NCBI GenBank assembly: GCA_051294375.1
Contig: CM119266.1
Location: forward strand, 9,370,538-9,434,537
Origin: Paraspadella gotoi
Taxonomy: Eukaryota; Animalia; Chaetognatha
DNA: 64,000 bases
Direction: 5' to 3'
Below the pieces are notes generated by a model. The model ran no database searches and had not been told where the DNA came from. It worked only from the letters and a program-made list of their open reading frames with translations. Shown one piece after another: positions 37,679 to 52,735 of the stretch. The stretch's first letter is position 1. Each line of letters starts with the position of its first letter. The translations under genes were made by a program, and so were the position numbers.

Positions 37679-39219
37679 ATCAGGATCCAGAATTTTTTTT
37701 TTTCCCCCCCGTTTGGGTTGTCGGTCACTGTTTATGATTTGATTCGTTTCTTTCGTGATTTTACTCGTGATTTCTTCTCGATCATTCTACTTTGCATAGA
37801 ATTTTCCCGCCTTTTTGTAATCATTCGCGTTTTTGATTTTCCCAAAAAGTTCCTTTGCTCCCCCTACTATAGTCAAAACCTTGTAAATAGTAGATCAAAT
37901 TACGCTACCGCCAAAAATGCGGTACTCATTTTCTTCACCAGTTTCTTTCCCCCCCCCCTCTTCGGTACCTGAATAATACTCTGGACGTTCAATTGCGAGA
38001 CCTCTTCCTTCTCTCCCCATCTCTCTCTCTCTCTCTCTCTCACCATCGCCATTTTCAAATAAGTAAGTGCTATGCACACAATCGGCCGATTTACCCTTTT
38101 GACTTTCAAATCAGAAAAACCGTTGAGAATGTTATTTTTTTTCGTCGTCATTTATCAAGCTGCTTGCTTTTGTCGCACTTTTTAGAATGGACACCAGAAT
38201 AAAAAAAGTTTTCGTCGATCATGATCGCCGGGAAAAAGGACTTTTCAAATTTACGAATCCGTTGAGATACATTCCCAGTATGAATAAGGTATTTCCATTT
38301 CGTATTTCGATTCACGTATTTTGACAAAGGTTTTTCATTATGTATTTATAATTAAATGAAAATTACGTAATTGATTTAACAGGATTTCATTTGTTATTTC
38401 ATGCGTTGTTTTTTATTAAAAAAAAATTGTTTGTCAAATCTTATAGATTAAAACAGACATTGCTCGAAGAATTAAGCCTAAAATGAAAGATTTAAACTAA
38501 TTAACACTTTAACCACTTACTAATTATTAAGAGAAAATTCATTATTTTATTCGTAACGCGTAGGTGAAGTAGTCTTGGATGAACCTAGTGTAAATTCCAT
38601 TTTTCCAGCATGTGAGAAAAAGGAACTCTCGTGGTTTGTAATTCGTTCCAAATTGTCTTTTTGTACATTATTGAGTATTGACATTCGTGACCGTGAATGG
38701 AGATCTTAATATTGAAATTAAAATTGACGAAACTGACCCGTTAGAAATAAATAAATTTGAAAACAAAACGATTAAATCGACATTTTTCTTTTCGAACTTT
38801 TAGGAATCGAATTTTTATTTGCTTGTCAAGTCAAGAAAGGAGAAATAGTCTAATCAATTTGAGACAACATAATCTCACTGAAGACGTAAGTTTTTATATA
38901 CAGCGACGCTTTTTGTTTTTCCAAAAGAATCTTCGCAAAAGGGATACCTCCAACTAAAGGACTCTTGCGTGCGATTCAAGAATTAAACCATAGATCAACT
39001 TGCAAGCAAAAGCCAATTCAAATTTCAGGTTTAACCAATGTCTCTAAACTTTCTATCCCCACCTTTTAATGCAAGAAAAAATTGAGACCAAAAAAAAATA
39101 CTGTATTAAAACATTAAACGTTCCGATTCGACGTATATAAATTCATAAAAAGCATGCGGTGTGAGCGTAGGGAAAGAGAAAAAAAATATTGACAGGAAAA
39201 TTAGCGGGCCAGCGACAGT

Positions 39220-39513
39220 TCAAAGATGAATAATATCCTCGTCTTGATTAAATTCAAAATCTCTGGTGTTCGGTTTATAAGGTTCCACCTTCGCCTCTTC
39301 CGTTTCCCTAGTCGCCTCCTCCTCCTCCTCCTCCTCGCACTCCCCCCTTTCTCCCCCGCCGTCGTCGTCTTCGTCGTCGTTTCTACCGGCGTCATCTTCC
39401 TCCACTTCCTCGTCCTCCTCCTCTTCCTCGTCCTCCTCTACTTTCTCCCTCGTTTGCGGTTCGTTCACCTGGAAATCGAAAATCGCGAAAAGAAGAAATT
39501 CGTCAGGATTTGC

Positions 39514-39587
<74 letters not shown>

Positions 39588-41495
39588 ATGAAAAACGTGG
39601 GGAGTTTTTCTTCCTTTCCGAGTTTGAAGAACGAAATCCCCCCGATTTTCGTCCCTTAATTCGATTCCCGCCTTCGCCCCTCAACGATCCCCAATCCCCG
39701 TTCCCGCCCACTCACCTCTTCCTTAACCTCCTCCACATCTTCCAGCGTTTGTTCCAAAAGCGTGGACGGTTGTTGTTGTGGATGGAGGTGTTGCGGCGCC
39801 ATTCCTTGTAACGGCGGACCCGGAATGGAGCCGACGCCGGAAGAGGACGCCGTTGTCGCCTGGCCGCCTGAGGCTCCGACGACCGGCGCCGGCGCCGCGC
39901 CGCCCGTCTCGTTTTCCGACGCGGAACCTTTTTTTTATGGATGGAAGGAATTGAAAGCATCGCTCCCCCACCACCGCCTCTCTCTCCGGAGCTTGTTTTT
40001 GTTTTGGACGAACCTTGGGTGTCGTTTAATTCATCGCCTTTCGGTGGGACTTTGGTTTGTTTTGATTTCTTTGGCTCGGACCGCGTGTACGCTTCAGACA
40101 TCGAAGAGACATTCTGGGCGGGGAAATAGAGAGAGAGAGATGTCATAAGGATAGAAGTGTTGAGGGAAGCCACTAAGGTCGTATCTAAGACATTCTTTTA
40201 ATTGCTTAAAGCCACCGTGGTTCCTTAGCGCCACTATAAATGTCTTTTCGAGTATTGATTCATTTAATTAAAAATAGACATTCTTTTACTGAACAAAGAC
40301 ATCATTTTGGCGCTTAGGAAATTTCCGTTACAACAAATTTGCCAATACAAAACAAAGATCTCTCCAGTAAGACATTAATTAAATTTTAAGAAACTGATCG
40401 TAGCTTCTCCAATTACCAACGTTTCAAAAATAGGTAACCAGGAGTGGAAGCCTAAAGGAAAAGAAAGTTAAGGGAGATTGATTGGAATGGGATGGGAAAA
40501 GGATTTAATTAAAAAACCCTCGAGAAAGATAAGTATAAAATCATTTAACTTCACAGCATCAGAAATACTGCATCATATCCGGGAGCCGTATAGGAGCGCC
40601 ATGAAAGGCCGGGTAGACTTTTTAGGGAAACACCATTGACGGCCAGGGAAGTTGAAAGCAAATATTAGATGTATTTAACGTTCACTGACAGAGAGAAAAA
40701 CTCTAGTTTGACTTTATAACTGATAAAGCAGGGGGAGTAAACTGAGCCAAAAAAAAAAGGGACACGAAACGACGCAAAAACAGAATCACTTAGTAAAAAC
40801 AGAATTCCCATTAGGACGGCAAGGATCGAAGAGAAGGCCGACCAACCAGACCCCGCGTTGCTCGCTCCAGGCTTTTGTTGTCCCCCCGATAAAAAAAACA
40901 GGATTAAATGGCAAGAAAAAAAAAATTAAATCGGGAAAATTTATTTTCAATCTCCAAAGACCTTGCCGTAATTACTTGAATTTAAAATAAACAGTGCCAC
41001 TATGAAAGGCCTGATCTACAAAAAAGTATTAAAAATATTCTAATGCATTATCGGTCAATACTTGTTGATAACAATCAGAACTTACAGCGGACGTGTTGAG
41101 CAGTTCTTCTACGTCCAAAAACTTATCGACTGAAGGAGATTTGACTTCATTCTCATCAATAGCGGATAATCCTGATGAAGAAAATGTTAGTCTTAATTGA
41201 AAAGTTTATTCCTTTATTCTTAATTTATTTATCAATAAATTCATTCTTTCCTTCTCACCCACTCGCTCTCTCTCTCTCTCTGTTCATTCTCTCTTTCTCA
41301 GGAAAGAGAGAGAGAGTAAAATTGAATTAGGAATAAATAAATAGGATTGCGCGGATGTAAAAAAGGATTTTTCTCCTTCCAAGAGGAGGAAGGGAGCTCC
41401 TCTATTTTTTCCCCTTCACCTGAAGCTATTTTAATCTCGTTTCCAATCAGCGACGGCATCGTTTCTCCCGGAGTCGCGGAGATCTCGCCGCCTTG
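39220..41495 (-). CDS. Four further low-complexity/acidic exons (~41492-41420, 40112-39975, 39927-39716, 39468-39220), probably a C-terminal extension of the Furry homolog
   Basis: Same strand, directly downstream of the last conserved Furry exon, which ends CAG|gtgagg with no stop. GC-rich islands bounded by AG/GT; the last exon VNEPQTREKVEEDEEEE...QDEDIIHL ends in a stop. Confidence 0.6.
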
Positions 41496-42466
41496 GACCT
41501 TGGTGGCGGTGGCGGTGGCGGCGATGGGCGGATAATGAGGTGGCGAAGGCAAGGAAAAGGGGAGGAAAAAATAAAAGTGGAGAGTCAAGATAATAATAGG
41601 TCATTAGAAAAACATGATATGAAACTTAACCTCAAAACATTATATCACTTCATCGATAGGAAAGCCAGGTACTCTCGGAGTGAATAAACTGTGTGCGAGT
41701 CTTTATTGAAAGCTTGTAGGGTCCTGCTATGTTATTATCTTGTAAGAGGAATATTTATTGAATGAATAGATAATTTCAATATTGGTTGAGTCAATTTCTC
41801 ATTAGTCATAAGAAAAGAAGTGGCTCGTCTTTCAAACAACTCCGCCCCCTCCACCTTTTACATCCAGGTCATTCCCCTCTCAATAATTCATTACTCATTC
41901 TCACGTCACCTTTCATCATCCCTCTCGACGAGGAGACTTATCGGTCGTCATCCGCGGCCTTCAAAAACACGCCACCCGCTCGAGAATATTTCATGCGAGG
42001 CGCAAATCGTCTTTCCGATAAACCGGAACTTCAGAAATACATGAACTCGATTACGGAATTCATTAAACTCAGCTTCCGGCTTACGACGTTGAAGACGTGG
42101 GGAAAATAAATTACGACACGATGACAACCACCTTCCCCAATTCCCAGCTTTTTCTCTCTTCTTACCTTTTCCTATAAAGGTGCACAAGATTCACCCTTAA
42201 ACATCTTACCCTTTCCTAACAAACTCATTTCCTTCCTCTTTTCCTTCATTTCCCTTCTTTTCTTTCTTTTTTTTTCATTTCCCAGTTTTTTGCCCATAGC
42301 TTTGTTCTGTTTCCTCTTAATTGTCGCCTTGCTTCACTCCCCTCCTTTTTCGCCCTTTAATCTTCCCTTCTTCCTTTTTCCTTCTCTTTTCACTTCCCTT
42401 TCCTTTTCCATCCCATCCCATCCCATCCCTTTCCTTTCCTTTCCCTCCTCTTCTCTCTTTCCTCAC

Positions 42467-44340
42467 CTGCAGAAGACGAATGGACGACGATAACTGGAGA
42501 TTGACGTCCAGGAGTCGCCTAGAAACTTCCGTCAGGTCGTGCTCGCTCTTGGTGATCACCACGACGCCTGCGCGCGGAGGAGATTAAATTCAGCGCCATT
42601 GTTCAAACAAAAAAAGATTAATTTTTTTTTTAGTAAATCGCTAGAGGTCGATCGTTATTTTTTTTTCTTCCTATAGTCGCGCTTATAATGTGCTCGTGGC
42701 GTCGACCTTTGCGATCCAGATTAATGACGCAGTTTTCTCTCTCTCTCGTTCGTAATTAAAAATTCCCGATAAAAGAGAGAAAAAAAGAAATGGCGGCAAG
42801 AAGGGGGCGGGCCGCGGGGGGGGGGGTTGGGATAAATAAATATATATATATATAGATAGAGAAAAAAAAAAAGAAAAGGGCAACATTTTTAAAGGTCGCC
42901 TGTCTCTCACCCGGTTTGGTCGTCGCTCTTTGCCGGCAGAAGGCGCTGAGCAAAACCTCCACGTCTTCGTCCTCGTCGTCGCCAAATTCTTCTTCCGGCC
43001 ACGCCGACCGCAGGCGCCGGAGAAGCGTCACCGACGCCGGAAATCGGCGCGTGGAGAGAGTCGACGAGAGGGCGGTGGTGAGAGCCGCGCGAGAGGCCGC
43101 CGACGAGGATTGATCTGAAAGGAAGAGAAGTTGGTCGAGAGGGATTTAAATCTTTTACTCCAAAAACTCGTTAAATAAGATTAAATCGCTTCTCAATAAT
43201 GTCACATTAATAAAAGCTTTGGATCAAAAGGAGGTTTTAAAAACCGCCGGCCGCTTACTTGCGTCCGCCTCGGCGGCGAATTCTCCAAAGAGGACCGCCC
43301 CCGGTGAGCCCTCGTTTCCAGAGTCTAAATTATCCACCTGAATAAAAAAAAAAGGAAATCGATTCTCTAAATGTTGACTTCTGGGTGAAACCGATGAGAC
43401 GACGACGACGACGACGAAAAGGCGAAAAAGATGGTGGAAAAACTAAGGGAGGGAGAAAAAGGGAGGGAAGGATAGGTTTTAGAAGTGAGAAGGAAAAGAG
43501 GGAATGACTCTGAATTAACTAGATAGAGATGAGAGGAAATAAAAAAAAATTGTAAAAAATAAAAAATACTGTCAGTCTGGATTAAAAAAGGCATTTGAAT
43601 TTTTTTTTTTTTCAGCTTTCAATCCGTCGCAGATTGCAAAAAAGTAAGAAGAAAATGACTAAAATAGGCAAAAGATTGTAGACTACAAAACGAAAAGTTG
43701 GGGGGGGGGGAGAAAAAGGAAAAGAGAGAGAGAGAAATACAGAGAGAGAGATAAAATACGAAAGAGATACAGAGTCGAGCTTCAGTTCAAGATTCGGGAA
43801 GCGGCGCGTGAGTTGGCATTCGGTTCTCCAGAAAGACAAACTTCTTTTTTCCATTTTTTTTCTCCAGGCTTCCGCTTCTTTCTCTTTTTGGCGCCGAAAA
43901 TCGAAAAGGGAGAAGGGAGGCTCTTCCGGTACTACATTATACATACAACAGGCACAGATTCGCAAAGAATAAAAGATAAGGAATACTATTTTCTTTTATT
44001 GCGACCCCTGCTACTTCCGGTCCCTTCACCTCCAAGAAAAGCATCGGAAATTGGTGAATAAAATGGCCCTTTTAAATTATTTAAAAATAGGTTCTTATCA
44101 ATTCTCCAAGAAAACAATTTTAAATGTTATGGAAATATAGATATTAAGAGTTTCCTCAAACCACGTAGGCCCCTTTCGGCTCACCTGGTAAACTGCTTTC
44201 ATGATTTCTGGCTTTATCTCGGTGACTTCGTTCGAACAATCCGTTACGATTGGATTCTCCAACGCCGATGACAAATGAGAAACGAGCTTCGCGTAACTGC
44301 GTCACGACAAAAAAAAATAACGGGGTTTGCGCGGGGGCGG

Positions 44341-44388
<48 letters not shown>

Positions 44389-46207
44389 AATTTCTCGGCC
44401 AACCGCGGAGAATTACCTCTGAAACAAGAGCAGTAATTGAAAGTGCAACTTGTACAAGCATTTGCATAAAGTGATTGTCGGCTTCTCTTCCGCCAATTGG
44501 TCGTCCATCTCGGAAACGGAGGAGTCGAGATCCGCCGCCGCCGCGGCAGCCGCCGCCGCCGCCGCCAAAGCCGCGGAACCGCTAAGCGGAACAAAAAAAA
44601 AAAAAAAATAAATAAATAAAATAAAATTAAAAAAATGGGAAATGCGAATTTTATGCAACACTTTGGCTTCGATCGTCGTCTTCCCTCTCTTTAATTCCAA
44701 TTAACGATCGGCCTCCGCTCCGCTCGCGGTGCGGGGAATCGCGAGAGACGCGAGGAAAAAAAGAGGGAGAAGGAGAGAGAAGCAGAAAAAAAAAAAAAAA
44801 ACCTTCACAACTCTCCCACTCAAATCGAGAGGGAAAATTAATTTAATTCGGATAATTAAATTTCGTTTCGCGACGACGACCGGTAAACAAAGAAGCTAGG
44901 AATCGAATTTTTTTCGTTTTTTTTTTTTGTTTTGTTTTTTAACCCAATCGTTTCTCACTCATTCTCACTCTCTATCATTTTTGTCACTAACTCACCCCAT
45001 CGATGCGCCGAGGTGAGGAGAGGCCGGGGACTGCAGCTTGGGGTGAGGGGAGACGTGAGCGGCGGAGANNNNNNNNNNNNNNNNNNNNNNNNNGAGGTCG
45101 GGAGATGGAGCCTCGACTCGGCGCGTGATGCGAATGAACGACGAGCTTGACTCTGCGAAACGACAAATACAGTCGCCGGTTGGAGTAGAGGGGGGTGAGA
45201 GATAGTGGGGGGGTGGAGATAGAGGGGGGTGGAGATTAGAGGGGGGAATCGAAAGGTTCGAAATGCGGAGTTCCGGTTCTCACGCTTCTTCGCGTTGATC
45301 GATACCGACTCGCCGACGGAATCGAGATCGGCGACTATTTCCAGTTAAACTTATATTCCATTTCTTTCTCTCTCTCTCTTTTCTCTCTCTTGATTTCTAA
45401 CCAAGATGCGACTCGATAAAAAGAGCTTGGAAAGAGAAAGAAAAAGAAAGAAAGAAAGAAAGAAAGAAAGAAAAGAAAGAAAGAAAGAGACGAGACTATA
45501 CCAAAAAGAGATGGATTTATTCGTATCAGAATTTTTACTCTGTCTCTATGGAGATTCCGAAAGATAATAATAAAAAAAAATTAACCGTTATCTAAATTCA
45601 AATTTCTTTTTTTTTTTTTCAGTGTGACTAAGCGAAGAAAAAAAACAACTGAAAAAATTTGTCTCAATTAATGAAGCCGTTTTTTAATCTCTTGTTAGCT
45701 TATTGAATGAATGAAGAAAACGCATAATGATTTTTATTTCGGTACAAATAAGTTGGCATCATAATTAAATATGAAAGTTTATTTAAAAAGTTTTATTTTA
45801 AAAAGTGTAGTTTTAATTTTATATATATATTGATGTATATTTCGTGGATATCAACGAACCTCTCCAGCACTTGTCTCGTGTGTTTCTCCCTGAGCAGCAG
45901 CGTCTCAAAGACTTCGTGGATTTCCAAAACGAGGAACTTGTGTCTCTCGAGGAGATCGCAGGCGATCAACGACGCCGCATCCACGAAGGCGTAGGGGCAC
46001 TCGGCCTGGAGGTCAGCAGCCCAAGCATGTTGAGGATCTGAGTTGAGACCGGACGCAGTGATTCCTACAAAAGGTCAAAACAAAATTAAACCAATAATTC
46101 AATGGTGAAAAATAAAATTTCATTTCCCCAGATAAGTCGGAGTCTACTCTGGCGTAAAAACCAAAGATAAACAAAAACTTGGTTAAAAAAACCGCGTCTG
46201 CGTCTCT

Positions 46208-46273
<66 letters not shown>

Positions 46274-49200
46274 GCCCACGCTTCGACTCTCGCCTCGGTA
46301 GTCAGGTATTGGCAGGCCTCTCTCGTCAGATTAGCACAGGAGCGACGAATCTCTTTGTAGAGCGCGAGAAAAAATAGAAGGAATGCACGGACGTGTTGGC
46401 AAGTGGCGTCCCATGATCCCATAACGTGACGGCGCGCAAGTGTCCTCGAGCGCCGCCTGTTGCGGGGGGTGGTGGTGAAGGAGAAATAGGAGAAAGAGAA
46501 AAAAAAGGAAAAGAAAAGGAAGAAAAAGACGAAAGAATAGACGAGCACGCGCATGCGCCATGAGTTCGTTCCACGCAAACGCTATTGTGCGTTTTGAATT
46601 CGACCTGACAGTCGCGTCGATGAAAGAACGCGAAATTTCCACCAGGAAATAACCGAAGCGAAAAATGGATTCTTTTTCTCTTGAATATTTTATTAAGTCG
46701 CTTAATTGCTACTAGATTTTTTTCTTTTTAACGTAAATTGATTTTCACGCAATTTTTTTTTTTCATCCTTTTCACTTTTATCCAGTCAATTGGTAATCAC
46801 AGTGGAACTGAACGCATGACACAAGACTGTGAGAAGGTTATGTGATTATTTTGAAAGGTGGATGGAGTCCTTAAGCTTTTGCCCACGGAAGTCAGTATAA
46901 TAAAATAAATGATTGAATAATTTTATATTGATTGCACCAATTTCATAATTGATTATTTGTCTTCGAACACGCATATTAGGTTATCAACCTTTAATGGCAG
47001 CGATTCCTCTCGAAAACCTGACGATATTTTTAAAAATCTTCGGAAGAAGAGAAATTGAAAGAAAAAAAAGAATTTTTCTTCCGTCACTTTGCAACGGAAT
47101 GTAGGCCGACATGAAGTTGTCGGTCGCCAGATGCTCCTCCTCGAGGCGAGCGTCTTCCTCCTCGTCGTCGTCGTCGTCGTCGAAGGGGGAGGTGTTGCGT
47201 GGGCGGAGCCGAGGGGGAAAACGGGTTTCGCTTCCGCGGAAGACGGTGGCGCTGATTTAATGGAAGTCGACGTGCGCAAACGAGGGAGGCGGGGAAAGTG
47301 AGAGAGAGAGAGAAATAATAAATAAATAAATAAAAAAAAGAAGGCCTCCTTTGCAACGCTGCTGTCTCGAGCCTCTTAGTCGCTAAGAAAAAAAAGACTT
47401 CAAGATTGAAAAGAGCCTCTTTCGTAAAGAAAGTGACACATCGAAAAGATAAAGCGCGTCGTAGAACTTCCTATAAAAAAAGAAACAAAAACCAGAAGTA
47501 GACTTAAAAAAGAAAAGTGATTGATTTGCAGAGAGAGAGAGAGAGCGCGAGGAAATTGCGTCGACGCCATTCGCATCGTTTTACGTTTTTACCTAATCCA
47601 CACACCTCGCTCTCCCTCACACACCTCGATTTTTCTCTCAACCATTTTTTTCCGCGGAAATATTTTCGAGAAGGGATCATGAATAATGTCTTTTTTTTTA
47701 AAGAAAAAAAGTTTTTTTTGGGTTTTCCTTCTTTTCTCCATCACGCCCAACGCGTTTCTCACCGTTAGCAACGACGGAAGCGACGGCATCTGTCTCCATT
47801 TCCGCGTCGCTAGGAACCGAGAGGTGGAGAACTGGAGATCGAGGGCGTGCGCTTCGCTCGGCACGACAGCACGTCCATCTTGCGCGAGCCTGCCGAGCAA
47901 AGGAGAAGGAGAAAGAGGGGGCGGATGGGGTTAGAACAAGGGGTGTAAGCGGGGAGGGAGAAATCACTCGCCTCCCAGTGTTTATAACCGAAAATGAATA
48001 AAAATTAGACGACGGAAGAACAAAAAACCCTGGCCTTTTTCCACCACTTTCTTTTTTCCTAGAGTTTATGATGATGTACGCCCGCGAGAATGTTCGCGGA
48101 GAATTCACCAAGACAATCTGAAACCAAGCTCTCTATGTCTCTATCTGTCGACGAATCCATAAATATAAAAGAACGGCGCGCCGTGTTTTTGTTTGTTCCT
48201 GTCAACATCGCCGTTATTTATTCTCTTCTTCTTTATTTATCGTCAAAGTCAGGCCTCTCTCCCTTATTTTTCTCCCCTCAGACATATTTTCTGACATCTA
48301 CTACATTATAGCAGTTTTTTCTTTCCTCTCACTCTCTAGTCACTAGTCACTCTCGACGTAAAAAAGTCTAGGCAAGAGAGGCGGGTAGAGATTGGACGAC
48401 GCCGTCTTGACAAGCCAAGAATTGAACGAAAAAGAAAACAAGACGAAAACGAAGAATACAATAGAAAAAAAAAAGCAGTCAAGAAAAAAAGAGAGAGAGA
48501 AAGAGAGAGAGCGCGCTCCTTATTTATCGATCGAAGTGCCCTATGGAGACGCCTATCGCGACGTCAACTCTCCCGCCCTCGCCATGTCATGGGGCTTAAA
48601 ATCGCATCAAGACGGAAATAGAGAGAACCATCCATCCATCTTTGACCAGCGACGAAGGCGAGAGATCGATACTTTTTTTGTGCTTTCCGTCAACTTTCCC
48701 TCCCCATCCCTACCCTCCTTACTCCTACTGTCGTACTCCTCGTCTTCTTCCTCTTCCTCGGTCGTTTCCCGCTCCTCGGCGGGGTCTCTTGAGGACCCAA
48801 GTCCGTGTCGACGGCCGAGGGGTGGCTCGATCGAGCTGCAAGTCTCTTCCACTGACTCTCGATCATCGAGGAGACTGGCGGCGCATGCGCGGTTCGAGCT
48901 ACGGTCTCGACGGTCCGAGCCCGGCTTCGAAATGCTCCGCGCTTGAAAGCTAAAGAGAAAAGGGAAAAAATAGAGAGAAGGAAAGAAGCCTTTTAGTACA
49001 ACGAGGTCCAGCTTTAGTGAGATTAACTAACGGTCATACAGCACAAAAACGGTGTAGGAGAGAAGAAAAGCGAGGTTATAGTAGACATATAGATAAGGTG
49101 TGGTGAAACAAGCGTAGTGTTTTTCATCGAGTAGTTAAAAAGTCGGATTAAAAGCAGTTCAGCAGCATATTCGTCGTGTCCTGTACTAAAGGTGTAAAAA

Positions 49201-52200
49201 AGTTTGCGAAAATTAAAAGTGAAGGAGTGATGAAGTCCGACTTGTTTGAACCGCGCGAGCTGTCGTGACGGCAATCCCCGTGAGTTAAGAAAAGTTTAGG
49301 TAGTAGAGAAGCAGGAGTGTCCACGTCATCGTGCCGTTCTCTGGACACTGTGGAGTGAGGGTCAGTGGGGTTGACGAAGGTAAATTGTGAAGATGTGGAG
49401 AGTTGAGGTGCGGCCAAGCCCGTGTCCTCGTAGCGTCTGCTGCGTCCATCCGTCCGTCTCGCCTCCGTCTCACCCTGCCCCTCAGTATGAGTTTGTCTGT
49501 GCGAGCCATACGTCCGGGTTGTTTACGTCGTTCGCGAAATAGTACCAGAAGTGTGCTTCCCGTCGATATTCTGTCCGCCTCTCAATACCCCGTCAAGGGG
49601 TTTGAAGACAATTGGATCTGTGAGTACCAAGTGATATCCATTATTGTGTGTTTATTGACCGAGTCTAAAAGGGTTTTTAAAAGTGGTGTGCCCAAAAAAG
49701 CTGGACGCCTCGTGTAGATAAATACGCAAGAGCGCAAGTGAAGTGTAAAAACAAGGAGGAGAAAAAGAAAAAGGAGAAAAAGAAAAAGGAGAAAAAGAAA
49801 AAGGAGGAAAGAAAAAGTTAAGGAAAAAAGAAAAAGGGAGGAAAAGAAAAAGGAGAAGAAAAAAAAAGGAAGAAAAGGAGAAAAGAAAAAGGAAAAGTAA
49901 AAAGGAAGGAAAGAAAAAGGAGGAAAAGAAAAAGTGAGGAAAGAAAAAGAGGCAAGAAAGGAAATGAAAAAGGAGGAATAGAAAAAGGAGGAATAGAAAA
50001 AGGAGGAATAGAAAAAGGGGAAAAAGAAAAAAAAACCGGTCGCCTGGTTTTCTCCTTTTTCTCTTTTTATCTCCAAGGAAATCCCTGCCGATCCCCATCC
50101 TCACTAGGGTGGAGTGAATGTTCTGGGAAATCAAAATTTAGCAGATATATCTTGAAAACTATAATATTAGTGGATACTAATCTGTAGTTTTTTTTTTTAG
50201 AAATATAATAGCCCACATCCAGCTTATTTTATATATAATTCTACCCTTATTTAATTCTGAAAACAGATTTAGAATTTCTCGTGTAAAAGTTTATAAAAAG
50301 ATGTAATTATTTTTCAAAATTAAATCATAAATAGCGTTAAAATAATAAAAAATATATTTTTAAGATGGAAATTAAAAATTGGCATTTTAAATATTGTTTT
50401 CATATTTTTAACCAACTTAATAAAATATTTTTTAAAAAAAGGACTATACTTTCTTATATTAACTTTTTGTAAAGAATCAAATCCGATCTTAAAATGTAAA
50501 ATTTTGCATTACGAAATTTAAACCTATTATATCATTACAGAAGATCTAAAAACTTACTCGCTTATTACTATCATATAAATATAGCTTACTGTGCCTACTA
50601 ATAATAAATTTTTTTAAAAAATTTACCAAAATATTTTATTAATTTTAATTTTATATTCTTTAGAGAAAAAGTTTTTATTTGGGTTACAACACACGATTTT
50701 GTATTAACATAAGTAGGAAATGTTTCGACTTTAGTGCAAGCCTTCCTCAGCACTTTTTAAAATTATGAATTGTGTTAGTTAAAGATCATTCAAGAAAAGA
50801 GAAAGAGTGAGAGAGAGAGAAAGAGAAAGAAATGGTCAAGTTTAAAGTTTCCAAGAACAGATTTAAGATTAGGCCAGATTTTTGTGAAAAGAAGTGAAAT
50901 ATGCTCAAGAGAGAGAAAGAGACAATACATTTGAGAAATGTACAACAAAGATATAATGAAAAACTTGACTATAATCACTCTAATCCTCACCTGCAACCCC
51001 CGGACGAACCCGGGAGATAAAACTCCTCGTCAGTGACCGAGCGACATGCTACGCGGTTTTGAAGCGGGTCGTCGACCGGGACCGTCGCGTCAACGGCCGG
51101 CCGAGGAGTCTCGTCGTCGTAGGAATCATCGTCGTCGGAGACTTCGTCCTAAAAAGGAAAAAAAAAATGGAATAGAGAAAGTGAAAAAGTGAAATTGTAA
51201 ATAAAAAGACGATAATGGAGACAAAGAAAAAGAAAGACTCCTTTCATGACACCTCGTATTCATGACGAGTGGGAGGAAACCTAAACGAATTTCCTGAAAC
51301 GTAATTGCTTTTTTTTTTTTTGGTCGGTTGTTGTCGTCGTCGCTGTTTTTGTTATCCCACTGAGACGCAAAATGAAAAAAAAAAAAAATTCAATTTCCGC
51401 AGCAGGAAAACTCGCGTTCCCCCATATCTCCCTCCCACAGCCCCCACCTACCCAAGTTTCGCGCGATAAAAACTTAAAAATTGGGGTTCTCTCATTCTTA
51501 TATTACTATTATATTATATATATATTATCCTTATATTTCTTACTATTATATTATTATTATTATTATATTATCCTATTATTACCTTCGAGACGGAACTGGA
51601 ATCCCTCGTTGGGGTGGTTCATTCTTTCGCTATGTCTCCTGTCGGTTGTGCTGCCAGAGACGAGATTGGGCACGCTCCCGCGTAGGCCGGCGCCGTGTAT
51701 CTCGTGATGGATTCCGCGCGCCCGGGAAAGGTTGTCCATGGCGACGCCGGCGGTGAAGGCCGGCCGAGGCTCCGACCGAAGCGGCCACGGCGTCAGCGAG
51801 TTTGTGCGAGCTGTTGAGGGAACGACGACGTCGACCCAGTCCCAGTTGAAGTCGCAACGGTCCGCCCTCAGTTTCGTTCTCCAACTCGATGTCCAAAAAG
51901 TCGAAGTCGCGGAAAATCTTAAATTGCCTGAGAGAGAGAGAGCGCGAGCGAAATAAGATAAAACGCAAAATAGACGACAGAATAAACAGAGGGATAGAAA
52001 AGAAATTAAGAAGGAAAGCGTTAAAGGGAGAGAGAAAGCAGGGAGGGAAAGACTTTTCCGGTTCGAGTTAAATCAACGGAGAAACCCGAGAGATGGCGAA
52101 GAAGTCGAAATGTCAAATGATTCGGGAAATTTATTAGAGGAGAGGGAGAGAAGCCGACAATGGTTAAGGGGAATTGAATAAAAACGGACAAAGAAACATA

Positions 52201-52689
52201 AGTTTAGACAGACAGACAAAGTCGAAAAAAGTAGGTCAAAACCACTACACAGTCGACAACCCCCACTCCCCCTGAAGCGAAGCCCGTCTCCCAACCTTTC
52301 GTCCGAAGCTGCGTCGTCGAACTTGCCGTCTCCAGAGAGACCGTCGTTGGTGGAGAGTTCATCGTTGGATCCCGAGCAGAAGGAGGATCGACGGTCGAGG
52401 ATCTCCGACCCCTTGGGAGAAGATTCACCGACGCGTCTTCGGCAGCATCGGCCCTCGTGCCTGGAGAAGATGTGGTGGTTTGGTCACGGAGGGAAAGACG
52501 ATGAATAAAGGGATAAAGAGGGATGGCTAAATGTACGTCTAAGAGATAAAATGAGAAAGCTCTCTCCCCTTCTCCCGAAGGATGTCCTAGAATTACAAAC
52601 GCTGATTGCTGGTCTTCGCTCAAAGCAGATTTCCTCTTTTCTTTATCGTCTTTCTTTCCGCCTCGAGCGCTCGCTCTCTCGCTCTCTCT

Positions 52690-52735
<46 letters not shown>

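Noticed and set aside
45844-46041. Plus-strand ORF MDINEPLQHL... (also 59534-59812)
   Set aside because: Antisense shadow of a conserved Furry exon.
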